Shown here piece after piece: positions 1 to 13,250 of a stretch of DNA of 64,000 nt. The translations under genes and the position numbers were made by a program. Numbering within the stretch: the first letter of the stretch is position 1; every line of letters begins with the position of its first letter. Below the pieces are notes generated by a model. It had not been told where the DNA came from, did no database searches, and saw only the letters and a list, made by a program, of their open reading frames with translations. Origin of the DNA: Emiliania huxleyi CCMP1516 (Eukaryota); assembly GCF_000372725.1 (NCBI RefSeq), contig NW_005201412.1, forward strand, positions 263,643 through 327,642. The letters run 5' to 3'.

Positions 1-1315
1 GCACCGATGGTGTGCTGTTTGCGTGTGCGTTATGGGGGTGTCATTGACCAGCATGAAGATGAGGAAGAGCACAACGTAGAGCGAATTCTCCAGCACGCCC
101 GAGGCGGAGCCAAGAAAATTGACGATCAGGTCGGACACGTCGAGCTGTTTCGCCATTTCCTTTTCCAGGTCTGCAAAGTGGCTCATCTTTTCCTGCGGAG
201 GCGTGATGGACGAATCATGGGCATTCTTGACGTTGAAGCTGACTTTGGGGCCTCGTACCTCGGCTGAGGCTGCAGTGGTCGCGTTCAGCATGCCTAGCGA
301 TATCTGCGCCGCAGTGATTGCATCGAACAAGTTCTCGATCAACTCCTACGGGCTCGCTTTCGACGTGTCACGAAACGCCTCCCGCTGGGAGGCGGGATCA
401 CTGATCACATCGTCTGTCGGGCCGCTCGCCTCGATGCGCGCATTGTAGACGCCAGCCTTGCTCGCAAAGGCAGAGAGCGAGTTGGCGACAATGAGCGAAA
501 GCATTGTCATCGCGACGACGACGGTCACAAGCGCGAAAAACACCGCCCATTGCCGCGGCAGCCGGAAGCAGCGGCGCTGATGTCGCTGACACAGCGGGTG
601 CTGGCAGGAGAGAAAGTCGATGAGTGGAGTCAAAAGGTACCTTAAGGCGAGGGTCGGGGTGAGATGAGGTGACTGTGAGGATGAAGGGTCTGAGGGTGAG
701 AGGCTGCTCGAGGCAAGATCGGGATGGCGTATTCGTCACGGTGGTGTGTATGGCTGTGCATATGCTGAACTGGTCACTTGAGAGCGACGGCCAGGAAGAA
801 GAGGACGAGAACGTGGCTGAGGGAGTACAGCGCAAAGTAGACCACGGCGATGGCGCAGACGGTCTGGCAGAGGGTGCGGATCCGCTCATCGATGGTCTGC
901 TCGACCACTGAGAGCGGTGCGCGAGGAAGCAAGGCAGGCGGCTGGCTGGGTGCCCAGGACTTGTGCGCGTATTGGACCTGCGGATGGAGGCTCAAGGATG
1001 AAAGCTTCGGTTTGCCCAACTGCGCGGTGTTGTGGCTGTGTCACGTCACCTCTGCATCCAGCCTCTCCAGCTTCATACGCAGCGAGCTTATCTCCGTCGC
1101 CTGGGAAAGACGAGGCGTTGCATACCGTGGGTGGCATGAAGGGCAAGAATCAGGTACTAGGCAGGCGCTGTTGAGGGAGAGATGAGGCACGAGAGCGATA
1201 CTGTGGCGCTCACCTGCTCAATGATCCTCTGCTCCAGCACGCGCTCCTTGGCCTTGGCCCACCAGTTGGTGCTGATCTCGCCTGACTCTGGATCCGCCAT
1301 ACTCATCGTACTCAT
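1..1315 (-). CDS. AI-2E (PerM/UPF0118)-family membrane transporter, multi-exon, 3' end runs off the window
   Basis: Spliced minus-strand reading gives ...TVCAIAVVYFALYSLSHVLVLFFLAVALK|YLLTPLIDFL...WAVFFALVTVVVAMTMLSLIVANSL...SGVLENSLYVVLFLIFML. This matches the AI-2E N-terminal pattern 'l.pf.lA..laYLL.Plv..L' and its TM spacing. Probable ATG at 1315 (MSTMSMADPES); the first exons are less certain. Confidence 0.65.
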
Positions 1316-1697
1316 CGTATGTCGCTGCACCCTGCCCGCGGCGCCGCGAGGGGGACTGTCGCAGAGTGGCCCGCGCTCGATGTTACTTTATTAGGGGTCG
1401 GTATTAGTGATTACGCTTCGTCAGCAAAACTCTGGTTTAGTCGGTGTGTATGTGTATCCTGGATCACTACTTCACTTTCTCTCAGGGTATCATCACTTCG
1501 CGTCCTCCCAGCGTCCTCTTCCTTCCCTCCCGCCCGCCACGCCCACCAGCGCATGTCTTAATGGTGGGCTTGCGATCTCCTGCGCGACGCGCGTTGTATG
1601 GGTGTCTGAGCACGCGCGCAGCGCGCGAAGAGTCCACGATATTTTAGTGCACGTGGATGCTCTTCACAGCCTTGTTATTGAGAAGAAAATACCTCCT

Positions 1698-3914
1698 ATG
1701 GCGCTGTTCACACATGCCGACATCGCCTCCGTAGAGAACAGGCTCGGACACTGGAGTAGGTATCGGGGCTCACACGCGCCAGTAGCGTTCGTGCCTATGA
1801 ACCGAAATGGCACAGCGCAAGTCTCCTTCGTCCGGATCGGTGCTCCCACGCACTCGTTCAGCGTCTCTCCACTGCGGTCGCCAAGCCAGTCAAGCCACAG
1901 GAAGTCCGACATTGCATTGGCGGAGGAGGGGCTGCACCCGACCAAGCTGCGACAGACGGCCCCACTGCGAGTGATTGCATTCACGCAGCTGCGCCGCCTC
2001 GGCCATCTCCCTCGCTCCTCCGAATGCAGCGCCACCATCCCTGGCAAGGGACGATGCGGGGCCAACCACGCCCACCTAACCATTGAGGTGGAGAGGGACT
2101 GGCCGCTTGCGGCCAAGCCCATTGTGATGGTCTCTCACGTGTGGACGGATGGCTCCGCGGGCAGGCCGGACAACAGCGCCAATCGCAAGTTCGCCATCGT
2201 CTGCGACGGAATCTCAACCCTGTGCCGCAAGCACCATCTCAATGAGGGGGCGGTGCACGTCTTCATCGACTGGTTCTCGGTCGACCAGGAGGTGGAGGGG
2301 ACGGCAATGTTTCGCGAGTATATGGCCTCATTGCCCGCCTTTGTCGCGCAGATGTCGTACGTCCTCGTGCCACTCGACTCGCGCCTCCTTCTCGACGATA
2401 AGTTCAGGCTCGATGAGGACGGTAACCCTACACCGATGAACTGGGCGATGTACAACGTGCGAGGCTGGTGCCGCGTCGAAATGCTCATCGGACGCGCGCT
2501 CGCCGCACTCGGCTCGGGGGTGCGTGTCTACCGCTTCGACGCCACCTGGCCGGTGGGTCGCCTTATCGAGGTGCCGCCCTACTCGCACGGAGCGCCGCAC
2601 TCGGAAAGCCGCGCAGAGTCGACCGTAGGACGTGTCACGTGCGATGGACTTCGACTGTAGGCTCCGATGCGATCATGCCCACCGCGCCCGACGCCTTTTA
2701 CACGTGCTGTCAGAGGGACCACTGGAAGGACGGGCCGATCGCGTGCGACCTCGACGCTGTGCGCCCCGTCGAGCGGATGATGAAGCAGCTTGTCATGTCG
2801 GACCGTCGGTTTCGGCACCAGCGCCTCTTTGACGCGCTGCCGCCGCCGCCGAGCTGGCGTGGGCTGCCGGCGGTGCCGCTCGCGTCCTTCCTCGCCTTTG
2901 GCCGGCTGCCGACGTTCACCGACCTGCTCACGCGCTTCTACTCGGACACAGAGTTGCGCGAGAAGAGCGTCTTTTACATATCGCACCGCAACTGGAACCT
3001 TCACGCGTGGTTCGAGGAGCACCTGGAGGGGCGCACCTCCATGGTGGACGCCCCGCCGCTGCGGAGGAACCAGAGCGTCGCGCAACTATTCGAGACGCCG
3101 CTCCTTATGCTCAAGTACCGCTGGATCTGCACCGTGCTCCTGCGGCTCGTCGATACGGAGCGTCTCAAGCCCGAGGCTGCGCCTTCCCCGCACCCCGACC
3201 GGCCAGGCCGCGCGCCACCACTCTCTTCACACGGCGGACTGTGAGCAGGCTTGCCTCCTGTACATGGACTGGTTTGCGCTGCCAGACCCGCTCACGTGGA
3301 AGCAGTGGGTGCACTCTCCCGTCGAAGCCGCCGCGCTCAGGCGCGAGGCGGAGCTCATCGTCGCCAAGCTAGTGCGCTCGACCTATGTGGTCGTATTCAG
3401 CACCGATGCGAACGGCACCTCTGAGGGCGGCTGGCGGCGCGGCTGGATCCGCTTCGAGCGCTTCGTGCCTAGCGTGCTCGCCAGCGGCGGCGTCTACACA
3501 GCGCTGTACGAGACGACTCTCTCCAACCTCTACTCCCTCGCCGACATGCAGCTGCAACCGCTGCAAATGCAGCCCCTTGACATATGCTGCACGCGCGACC
3601 GCTACGTGACGAGCGCGGCCCTGGAGGCGGCGCTTGAGGCGGCGCACGCGGCCGTCGAGGCGGACGACCTCTGCCCCTGGACGGGCGAGTTCGAGGTCGA
3701 CTTTGAGCGGAGGGTGGTGTCCGAGGCGTGCCGGCTGCTGCTGCACGGCGTCGCGAACCTGCCGCCCGTGGCGGACCTGAACCACGAGCTGGTGGAGCAC
3801 GCCTGGCCGCCGTCAGAGGAGCCCGAGCCGCGGTGCCAGGCGTGCGCCCCCTTGGAGTGCGCCCCCTTCCCGCCGCTGAGCGAGTCCTTTGTGTGCAGCA
3901 GCAGCGACTTGTGA
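1698..3914 (+). CDS. Protein with two tandem HET-like (TIR-related) domains, ~2 introns
   Basis: Domain 1: MVSHVW...PDN...VFIDWFSVDQ...SLPAFV...YNVRGWCRVE. Domain 2: FYISHRNW...LYMDWFALP...WRRGWIRFE. The SH.W / .D...Q / RGW...E motif triad is typical of HET-like domains. Introns end near 2660 and 3248. Confidence 0.6.
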
Positions 3915-5155
3915 CGCTGGGAGCGAGGTGGAGTGAGTGCATGCATGTGAAATTCTTTCGGTGTCGAGCCTGCGGGCTGCTTTGTTAATAGTTAGAGGCT
4001 GCGCAGGCCTCCCCCGGTATTTTATTGGTCGATACGAGTAGAGCCGCATTATATGAAAACCCCAGAACGGGTCGGACACCGTCCCACCGTCGCCTCGCTA
4101 CAGACGTCACGCCCCCGCGCGCGGGGTGGCGCGAGAGCGGAGAGGAGGCAGGAGCTGCTGCCGGGGCGCGTCCCGCGCGTGTGTCTGGGCGGCGAGGGGA
4201 CCAGGGGTGCCCCCCCCCCCCCCCCCGCGCGCTGAGCGCTGTCAGCGGTGGGCCACCTCTCGGCTCACGCCGCTGACCCAAGCACCCAACTGCATGCGTG
4301 GCGGCGCCGGCGGCGCAGTCAGAGTACAGAGAAGGCGAGAGTGTGCACAGGCTGTGCGCACCGCGGCCGGGACGGTGCGGAGAGGCTCGCCAAGGCCCAA
4401 GCACCGCTCAGCGGCGAGGGGGAGGGCGGTGGCGGCGGCGGCGAGGCGCGAGGCGGTGGCAGCGGTGGTGCGGACGGCGGGATTGACAGGGGAGGCGGCG
4501 GCCACGAGGGAGCGGCGGCGAGAGGGGGGCAGCGGCGAGGCGCGCCGGCGAGCGACAGCGAGGCGCCCGCGCCATCAGAGGGACGCCGCCGCGAGATGGA
4601 GGGCGGCGGTGACGGAGGCGAGGGTCGAGGCGGCGGCGGCGGCGGCGGCGGCGAGAACGGCGGCACCGAGTTTGTCTCGGTGAGCGGACCGGCGGCGGGA
4701 GGAGGAGCAGCGGCGGCGCTCTCGCTGTTGAGCGTGCTGTTTTGAGCCTGGGATCCCATGTCACTGCGACCGGCGTGCCCGGGAACGGAGATCGCGCGCG
4801 CGCCGCATTCACGACGCGCGCGCGATCTTCGCGGAGTCGGGTCCCCAGAGGGCAGCGGTCTTTTTGGCCGACGTCCAGCGGCGCGCAAGGAAGCAGGCGC
4901 AGCGCCGGCGGTGTCGCGCTGCATGGGCCAGCAGGGTGCAGTGGCGAGGGGCGGCGGGCTCGGACGTCCACCGAGTCGCTCCGCGCGCCAGGCGGAGCGC
5001 GCGCGCGGGCCAGGAAGCTCTCAGCAGGCTGAAGAGGACATCTGCGCTTATTGCGGGGCGGGACTCCACTTTGTATTCGGCACACGCCTCCCTACCGGTA
5101 TAAATACCGGGGGAGGTATTCTTTTAATCATCTGAACGCTCACGAGAGAGATTAC

Positions 5156-8100
5156 ATGTACATGTACATGTTGCACATCTCGTGTGCGCTGGCGCTGGCG
5201 CCATTTTACCCGCCATCGACTCTCAGCCCGTCGCCGCACCCGCTGCGCCACGCAGCTCCAGCGCTCGCTAATTGGTGGTCCAAGGATCCTGATCCAAATT
5301 GGACGCGACAGTGGGAACGGGCTAAGGAGGACGCTGCCCTGCGAACGCCAGAGGAGAAGGCTGCAGTCATGGAGAACGCACAGAAAGTGGAGGCGGCAGT
5401 GACATCCACCGTTGATACCCTCTTTGCGGTGGGCGCGTTGTTCAAGGAGGCGCAGGAGGAGAGGGCGATCGAGGAGAGGCGGCGTGCCGGGCAACGGGCA
5501 AAGGCGGCGGCGGCGTTGAAGGAGGAGAGGGCAAAGGCGGCGGCCGCGCGCGCAGCGGAGGCGGAGGCGGAGGCGGAGGCGGCCGAGCAGAAGCGGTTGG
5601 CGGAGGAGCGAGCCGCGGCCGCCGCCAAAGCGGCGCTGGCAGCGGCAGAGGCTGAGGAAGAGGCAGAGAGGGCGGCGGCAGCAGCGATGGCCGTCAAGGC
5701 TGATACCGAAGCAGCCGCGGCCGAAGCAGCGGCGGCAAAGGCGGAGCTGGAGGCAGCAGCACGGTGGGAGGCCGAGGCGGCCGCAGCGGTTGAGGCGGCA
5801 GCGACGGCAGCGGCCGAGGTGGCCGAGGCGGCCGAGGCGGCCGAGGCGGCCAAGGCGGCCGAGGCGGCCGAGGCAGCCAAGGCGGCCGAGGCGGCCGAGG
5901 CGGCCGAGGTAGGGGCGGAGAGGGCGGCAAAGGCGGAGGAGGCGCAGCTGGCAGCCAGGGCCAAGGTGGAGAAGGAGAGGGGCGTGGCCAAGGCACGGGC
6001 GGTCAAGCCGGAGAAGGCAGTCTCTCCGCCAGCCGCCCCTCCGCCGCCGGCAAGTGGCAAAGTGCCGGCGCCGCAGGCGGACGTGCGCGAGAATGCGCAG
6101 CAGATCGAGGCGGCGGTGACGGGGGCGGTGGACGTCATCTGGGCGGTTGGGGCGCTGTTCAAGGAGAAGCAGGAGGAGAGGGCGGCGGAGGAGAAGCGGC
6201 GTGCCGAGGAGCGGGCAGTAGCGAGGGCAAAGGCGGCGGAGGAGAGGGCAAAGGAGGCGGAGGAGGAGGCGGCGGCGGAGGCAGCGGCCGCAGCGGTACG
6301 CGAGGCGGAGGAGGCGGCTGCGAAGGCGGCGGCGGAGGCGGAGGCGGAGGAGAGGCAGATCAGAGTCCTGTACCGCGAGGTGCAGCTCACTAGCCAAGAG
6401 TAGCCCACTCCTGCACCTTCTCGCACCACGGCCCTTGCCGTGGCGACGCCGACGCCCCGCCTCTTCCCGCTGCAGGTGATCCGCCTCGACAGCGCGGCGC
6501 AGGCGGCCCGCATCCGAAAGGCGCAGCGCCCCGCCGACCCACCCACGACGCTTCGCCCTCCTCACCCCCTCCCGCGCCTCCGAGCCGTCAGGCCGTCGCC
6601 AACAGAGCGGCGCTCGCGACTCTGGCCAAGAAGGAGGCGGAGCGGGCGGTCGCCGCGGCTGAGGAGAAGAAGAAGGCGGCGGCGGCCGAGGCGGAGCGGA
6701 AGGAGGCGGAGGCGGCGCAGGCGGCGAGGCGGAAGGAAGCCGAGGCGGCGGAGGTGGCGAGGCGGAAGGAGGGGGAGGCGAAGGCGGCGGAGGCCCGCGA
6801 GCAGAAGCTCGCCCGCTTCACGACTCCGGCCGAGAAGGCGGCGACGGAGAAGGCGGCGAAGGGTGCCGAGGAGGCGCGGGAGGAGGCGCAGCTGGCAGCC
6901 AGGGCCAAGGTGGAGGAGGAGAGGGGCGTGGCCAAGGCACGGGCGGTCAAGCCGGAGAAGGCAGTCTCTCCGCCAGCCGCCCCTCCGCCGCCGGCAAGTG
7001 GCAAAGTGCCGGCGCCGCAGGCGGACGTGCGCGAGAATGCGCAGCAGATCGAGGCGGCGGTGACGGGGGCGGTGGACGTCATCTGGGCGGTTGGGGCGCT
7101 GTTCAAGGAGAAGCAGGAGGAGAGGGCGGCGGAGGAGAAGCGGCGTGCCGAGGAGCGGGCAGTAGCGAGGGCAAAGGCGGCGGAGGAGAGGGCAAAGGAG
7201 GCGGAGGAGGAGGCGGCGGCGGAGGCAGCGGCCGCAGCGGTACGCGAGGCGGAGGAGGCGGCTGCGAAGGCGGCGGCGGAGGCGGAGGCGGAGGAGAGGC
7301 AGATCAGAGTCCTGTACCGCGAGGTGCAGCTCACTAGCCAAGAGTAGCCCACTCCTGCACCTTCTCGCACCACGGCCCTTGCCGTGGCGACGCCGACGCC
7401 CCGCCTCTTCCCGCTGCAGGTGATCCGCCTCGACAGCGCGGCGCAGGCGGCCCGCATCCGAAAGGCGCAGCGCCTCGCCCGACCAGCCCGACCTCGCCAC
7501 ATCCAGCCCCTCACGCGGCCTCTCCTCAACCTCAGGCGGTGTCCAACCGGGCGGCGCTCGCGACTCTGGCGAAGGAGGCGGCGGCGCGGGCGGCGGCGGA
7601 GGCGGAGCAGAAGAAGGCGGCGGCCGCTGCGGAGGCGGAGAGAAAGGAGGCGGAGGCGAGGCGCAAGGAGGCGGAGGAGGCGGCGGAGGCGAAGCGCAAG
7701 GAGGCCGACGCCGAGGCGGAGATTAGGCGAGCTGCAGAGGAGACAGCGGCGAGGGTGGCAGCGGAGGCGGAGGCAAAGAGGGCGGCTGAGGCGGCGGCAG
7801 CAGAGGCGGCGGCGGAGGCGAGGGCGAAAGCGGCAGTCGCGGCCGCCGAGAAGGCGGTCGAGGAGGCCAGGGTGGCGGCGGAGGCAGAGGCGAAGGCAGC
7901 AGCCGAGGCGGCGGCGGTGGCGGCGGCGGAGCGGGTGGTCGAGGAGGAGAGGGCGGCTCGGGTCAAGCAGGAGGCCGGACTGCGGCGATGCGGGAGACGG
8001 CCCTCCCCAGCTCCCAACGCGTGCACTCTCGCTTCTAGGACGCCGATGCCCTCACGGCGGGCATCTCCGGTGTGCTTGATGCCTTCCTCGCCGTGGGAGC

Positions 8101-9384
8101 TCTCGCACAGGCCCGAGCCGAGCCCCCCCCCCCCCCCCCCGACACGACCCGATCAACTCTCTCCCTCACGCTCGACCTGCCCCTCCTCTGCCTTCCACCC
8201 CGCTGCCCTCACCCGTCGCACACAGGAGCGGGCGGCGGCGGCTGCTAACGAGCAGCAGCTGGCAGAGGCGGCGAGGGCAGAGGCGGCGGAGGAGAAGAAG
8301 GCGACGGCGGCATCACGCGACGAAGCGGAGGGTGCGAAGGAGAAGAGGGCGAAGGCGGCGGTGGAGCTGGAGAGGGCAACGGCCAAGGCCAAGGCGGAGG
8401 AGGAGGCGGCGAGGGCGAAGAAGGAGGAAGATGCGGCCTTAGCAGCGGCGAAGGCGGACGAGGCTGCGGCTGCGGCGGCCCGCGAGGCAGCGGCGACGGC
8501 GGCAGAGGAGGAGTACAAGGCTTTGGCGGAGGCGCGGGCGGCGGAGGAGCGGCGAGCGGCGGAGGCGGCTGCGGAGCGGGAGCCGGGCGAGGGGAGCGCG
8601 GGGCGGGAGGCGGAGGCGAGGGCGGAGGTGGGGGCGGCGGATGAGAGCGCGGCTGTGGCGGCACTCGCGACGAAGGGTACGGAGGGCGACGACGACGGCA
8701 TCAAGTACGTCGTGGCGGCGGCCGCCGCCGCAGCGGTGGCTTACCTCTCCACTCCTGGCGTCGAGCCGCCAGGCGCGCTGATGGCGGGCGCGGGCCAGAG
8801 CGGGCTGAGGGAGGCGGCGGCGGCGGTGCGGGCGGAGATGCGGGGGGCGCTGTCTTCCGCGGGCAGTGCGAGCCGGGCTGCGAGGCTGGAGACGAGCCGG
8901 TCGGTGGCGGAGGCGGCGGCCCGTGCGGCGGCCGCAGGCAAGGAGGCGAGCAAGACGGCCGCGGAGACGGCGGCTGCGGTTGCACAGGGGACGGGCCAGG
9001 CGGCGGCCGAGGCGAAGCGGTCGGCCGCAGAGGCGAGCAAGGAGACGGGGCGGGCGGCGGCGGCGGCGGCGGCCAAGGCGGCAGCGGAGACGAGCGCCGC
9101 GGCCGAGGGCGCCGGCAAGGCGGCGGTTTCTGCGAGCAAGGTGCCTCGCGTTGCGCGGGCTTGCGCTAGAGTTCGAGCGCACGCGTATGGCGCTGCTTGC
9201 CTGCGCTCTCCCATAGGCGGCGGCCGCCGCGAGCGAGGGGGCGAGCAAGAGGGCGGCCAAGGCGGCGAGGGCGGCGGCGGAGGGGACGCGCGAGGCCGCA
9301 GCCGACGCCGGGCGCGCGGGCGGCAAGAAGGCGGTCGAGGCCAAGCGAGAGGCGGTTCTCGAGCGCCGCTTCGGGCGGCTCTAG
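5156..9384 (+). CDS. Large Ala/Glu/Lys-rich coiled-coil protein with N-terminal targeting-like peptide and one hydrophobic segment; multi-exon
   Basis: ORFs 5051-6403, 6754-7347 and 7539-9551 are joined by pyrimidine-rich introns. N-terminus MLHISCALALAPF... The module ENAQ..EAAVT..VD...AVGALFKE.QEERA occurs three times. TM-like IKYVVAAAAAAAVAYL near 8700. The last exon reads ...EAVLERRFGRL* with TAG at 9382-9384. Confidence 0.6.
5935..7474 (+). repeat. Intragenic direct duplication: 5935-6530 = 6879-7474 (~596 bp, offset 944)
   Basis: Near-identical sequence including the intron gtgcagctcactagccaagagtag...ccgctgcag. One difference noticed (gagaaggag vs gaggaggag). Confidence 0.9.
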
Positions 9385-9669
9385 TGCACGGCGGCGCGAG
9401 GCGGAGCGGAGGAGTGCACCCAGAGAGGAGGCGCGACGGCGAGCGGAGCACGAGCGTTAGCGTGTGGCCGGGCCCGCATTGGTCAAGAGAGCGACCTCTC
9501 CGCTCTCGCGGCGACACGCGAGAAAACACAAAAAGGCGCGAAGCCAGATAGTGCAGAGAGCGCGCACTTACGGCTTTACATATGTGCATGTGGTTTCGCG
9601 AGAGTGTCGCACGTTTTTTTTCAACGACCATGCACATGTACATGTATCTCGTAACTAACACAGCACGCT

Positions 9670-11269
<1,600 letters not shown>

Positions 11270-11626
11270 GGTTGTTGGAGAGTGGTTGTCTGCGCGGGAG
11301 GGGGAGGGGGGGGTGAGGGGCTGGGGGCTGGGGGGCGGCCCGTGGAGCGTGCGAGAGAAGGCGAGCGCGAGAGTGTGGCGCGGCGCGGAGGTGCGGGGAG
11401 GTGTGGGCTGGGTGAGATGGCAGAGATCTCAGTCCTCCGCAACAGCGTGCGCGCGGTGCTTTGCGTGAGTCGCGCGGGTGTGTGCTGTGGGTACTCGACG
11501 TGGACCTGAGTTAGATTTTCGTGGAAGCTGAACGAGCTGTGCACGCATCTGGCGACCGAGAGGTCTCGAGGTGGATATCCTTTGGTCGCATTGGGTAGCG
11601 AGGATTGGTGTAACCCGAGGGAGGGT

Positions 11627-11896
11627 CCCAACTTGTGACTCGTGATTTTGGGTGAGTTTGTTTTGTTAGGTTGGGTTGTTTGGGTGAGGTTGTTCGATGC
11701 CGGCGAGCGCATGGCGCACGCCTTGGACGGGCGAAGCCAAACAAAAACACCGATGGTGGCCGTCCGCTGGCGTGAGCGGCGGCGGTCGAGACTCACCTTC
11801 GCGCCGACGCCCTGACCTCACTCGGAACAACCTCACCCAAGCACAATCCAACCTAACACGGAAGAAACTCACAAAAAGCACGATTCTCAAGTTGGG
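11627..11896. mobile_element. MITE-like element (~270 bp) with ~70-bp imperfect terminal inverted repeats
   Basis: cccaacttgtgactcgtg...tgggtgaggttgttc (11627-11695) is the inverted counterpart of gaacaacctcacccaa...cacgattctcaagttggg (11825-11896). No clear TSD. Confidence 0.6.
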
Positions 11897-13150
11897 TAGC
11901 ACAGGTCATGAGTGAGGCCACGCCAGCTGCCTCGGGTGCTCCGTCCGTGTGGTCGGCCTGGTCCCTGGTGCCTGGACCTTGCCGCAAGCCTCGAGCAGCG
12001 GAGAAGCGTTGTCCTTGAAGTCCAGACATGCTTCGCCGCCGTGGCGCAGCGCCGCAGTGCGAGCGAGCACTGCAGTGCAGTGCTCGCTTGCAGTGCGGCA
12101 AATCACATACGGTGTACTAGCACGGCGCATCCTGCGCCGTGCCCCACGAATGTCGATACTCCAGTATCACACCCTCAGTGCCACAATCGTGTGTCACGTG
12201 TGTGGACGTCCCTTAGTCGGCGCGCTACAGTCAGCCAGCCATCCTCCGGCTCTGAGCCTCCGCGCTCAAACGTGGTACAACCGGTGAGGTGCAAACCGCC
12301 CACCAGGCCATGGCGGACAAACCCGCCACGCCCCAGCGCGATGACATGGCCGCCGTCGCACTCGACACCGTCCTTACTGCAGTCCTCGTGCTCATGGACT
12401 TCGTGGCATACGCCGGCGCCGCCGCTATGCTCTGGATCAACCGTGAATTTCTGATGCCGTTCACGGCACCAACTCACCATCCCAATCGCCACCGCCATCT
12501 TTGTCGTCACCATCAATTTTGTCCGCATTTGCTCATCCCCGCCCGCTTTCTCACAGCCTACGCATGCAAAGGGTACACTGCCGCTTGCGCTCTCGCGGCG
12601 GCGTGCGTGGCTCGCGTCAAGACTTGGGTCGCCTTCGGATCTGAGTCGCACCAACGCTCCGTCAAAAGCTCCGTCTGTGATGTCCACATGGCACCCCGGG
12701 GAGAAGCTTCCCACGAGGGGGCGAGCTTTTGACGAGCCGTTTTGCCGGCTCAATCGAGATGAGTTTGAACGACAACTCGCTTGAGACAGCCCCGGGAGCG
12801 CTACTGAGCGCGATTGCGGAGGCAGCCGGTGTCGACCAGGTTGCTTGAGACTTGAGAGTCCTTGTGAGAGAGAGAGATTTTTAAAGACCAACAAGAAATC
12901 ACGACTCTCACAGTGATTTGGGCTCGGCAGCTTGTTAGCCCTCAGCCGAAGCTGGGGCCGGTCCCGTAGCCGAGAGAGCCCGCGCCGATGAGTTCGACGC
13001 GGTCGGGGGGGCCTGCGAAGAGGCCAGCGAGATGGCGATCGCTGTACTTCATGGTGTCATCAAGTGACCGGCTGACAAGCCAGAGGTCGATACTCTGGGC
13101 GACCCATCGGATGCCACGAATGCCTGAAGGAGAGGGAGGCGAGGCCAGCG

Positions 13151-13250
13151 GCAGGCTCAGCTGCTCTCGGGTGATCCCGCTTTGGAGGCTGAAGGACCCG
13201 ATGGTCCTGTCACATTCGTTCGTGGGGTCGCGGGGGTAGAAGAATTCGAG
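13151..13250. repeat. Dispersed repeat; inverted copy at ~37313-37413
   Basis: gcaggctcagctgctctcgggtgatcccgctttggaggctgaaggacccgatggtcctgtcacattcg...gggggtagaagaattcgag matches the reverse complement of 37313-37413. Confidence 0.85.

Noticed and set aside
4242..5085. Pro/Ala/Gly-rich ORFs on both strands
   Set aside because: Low complexity only; no domain or consistent exon structure could be supported.
12289..12785. Short hydrophobic ORF pieces in the SAHH spacer
   Set aside because: Would need a frameshift to join; no recognisable family.
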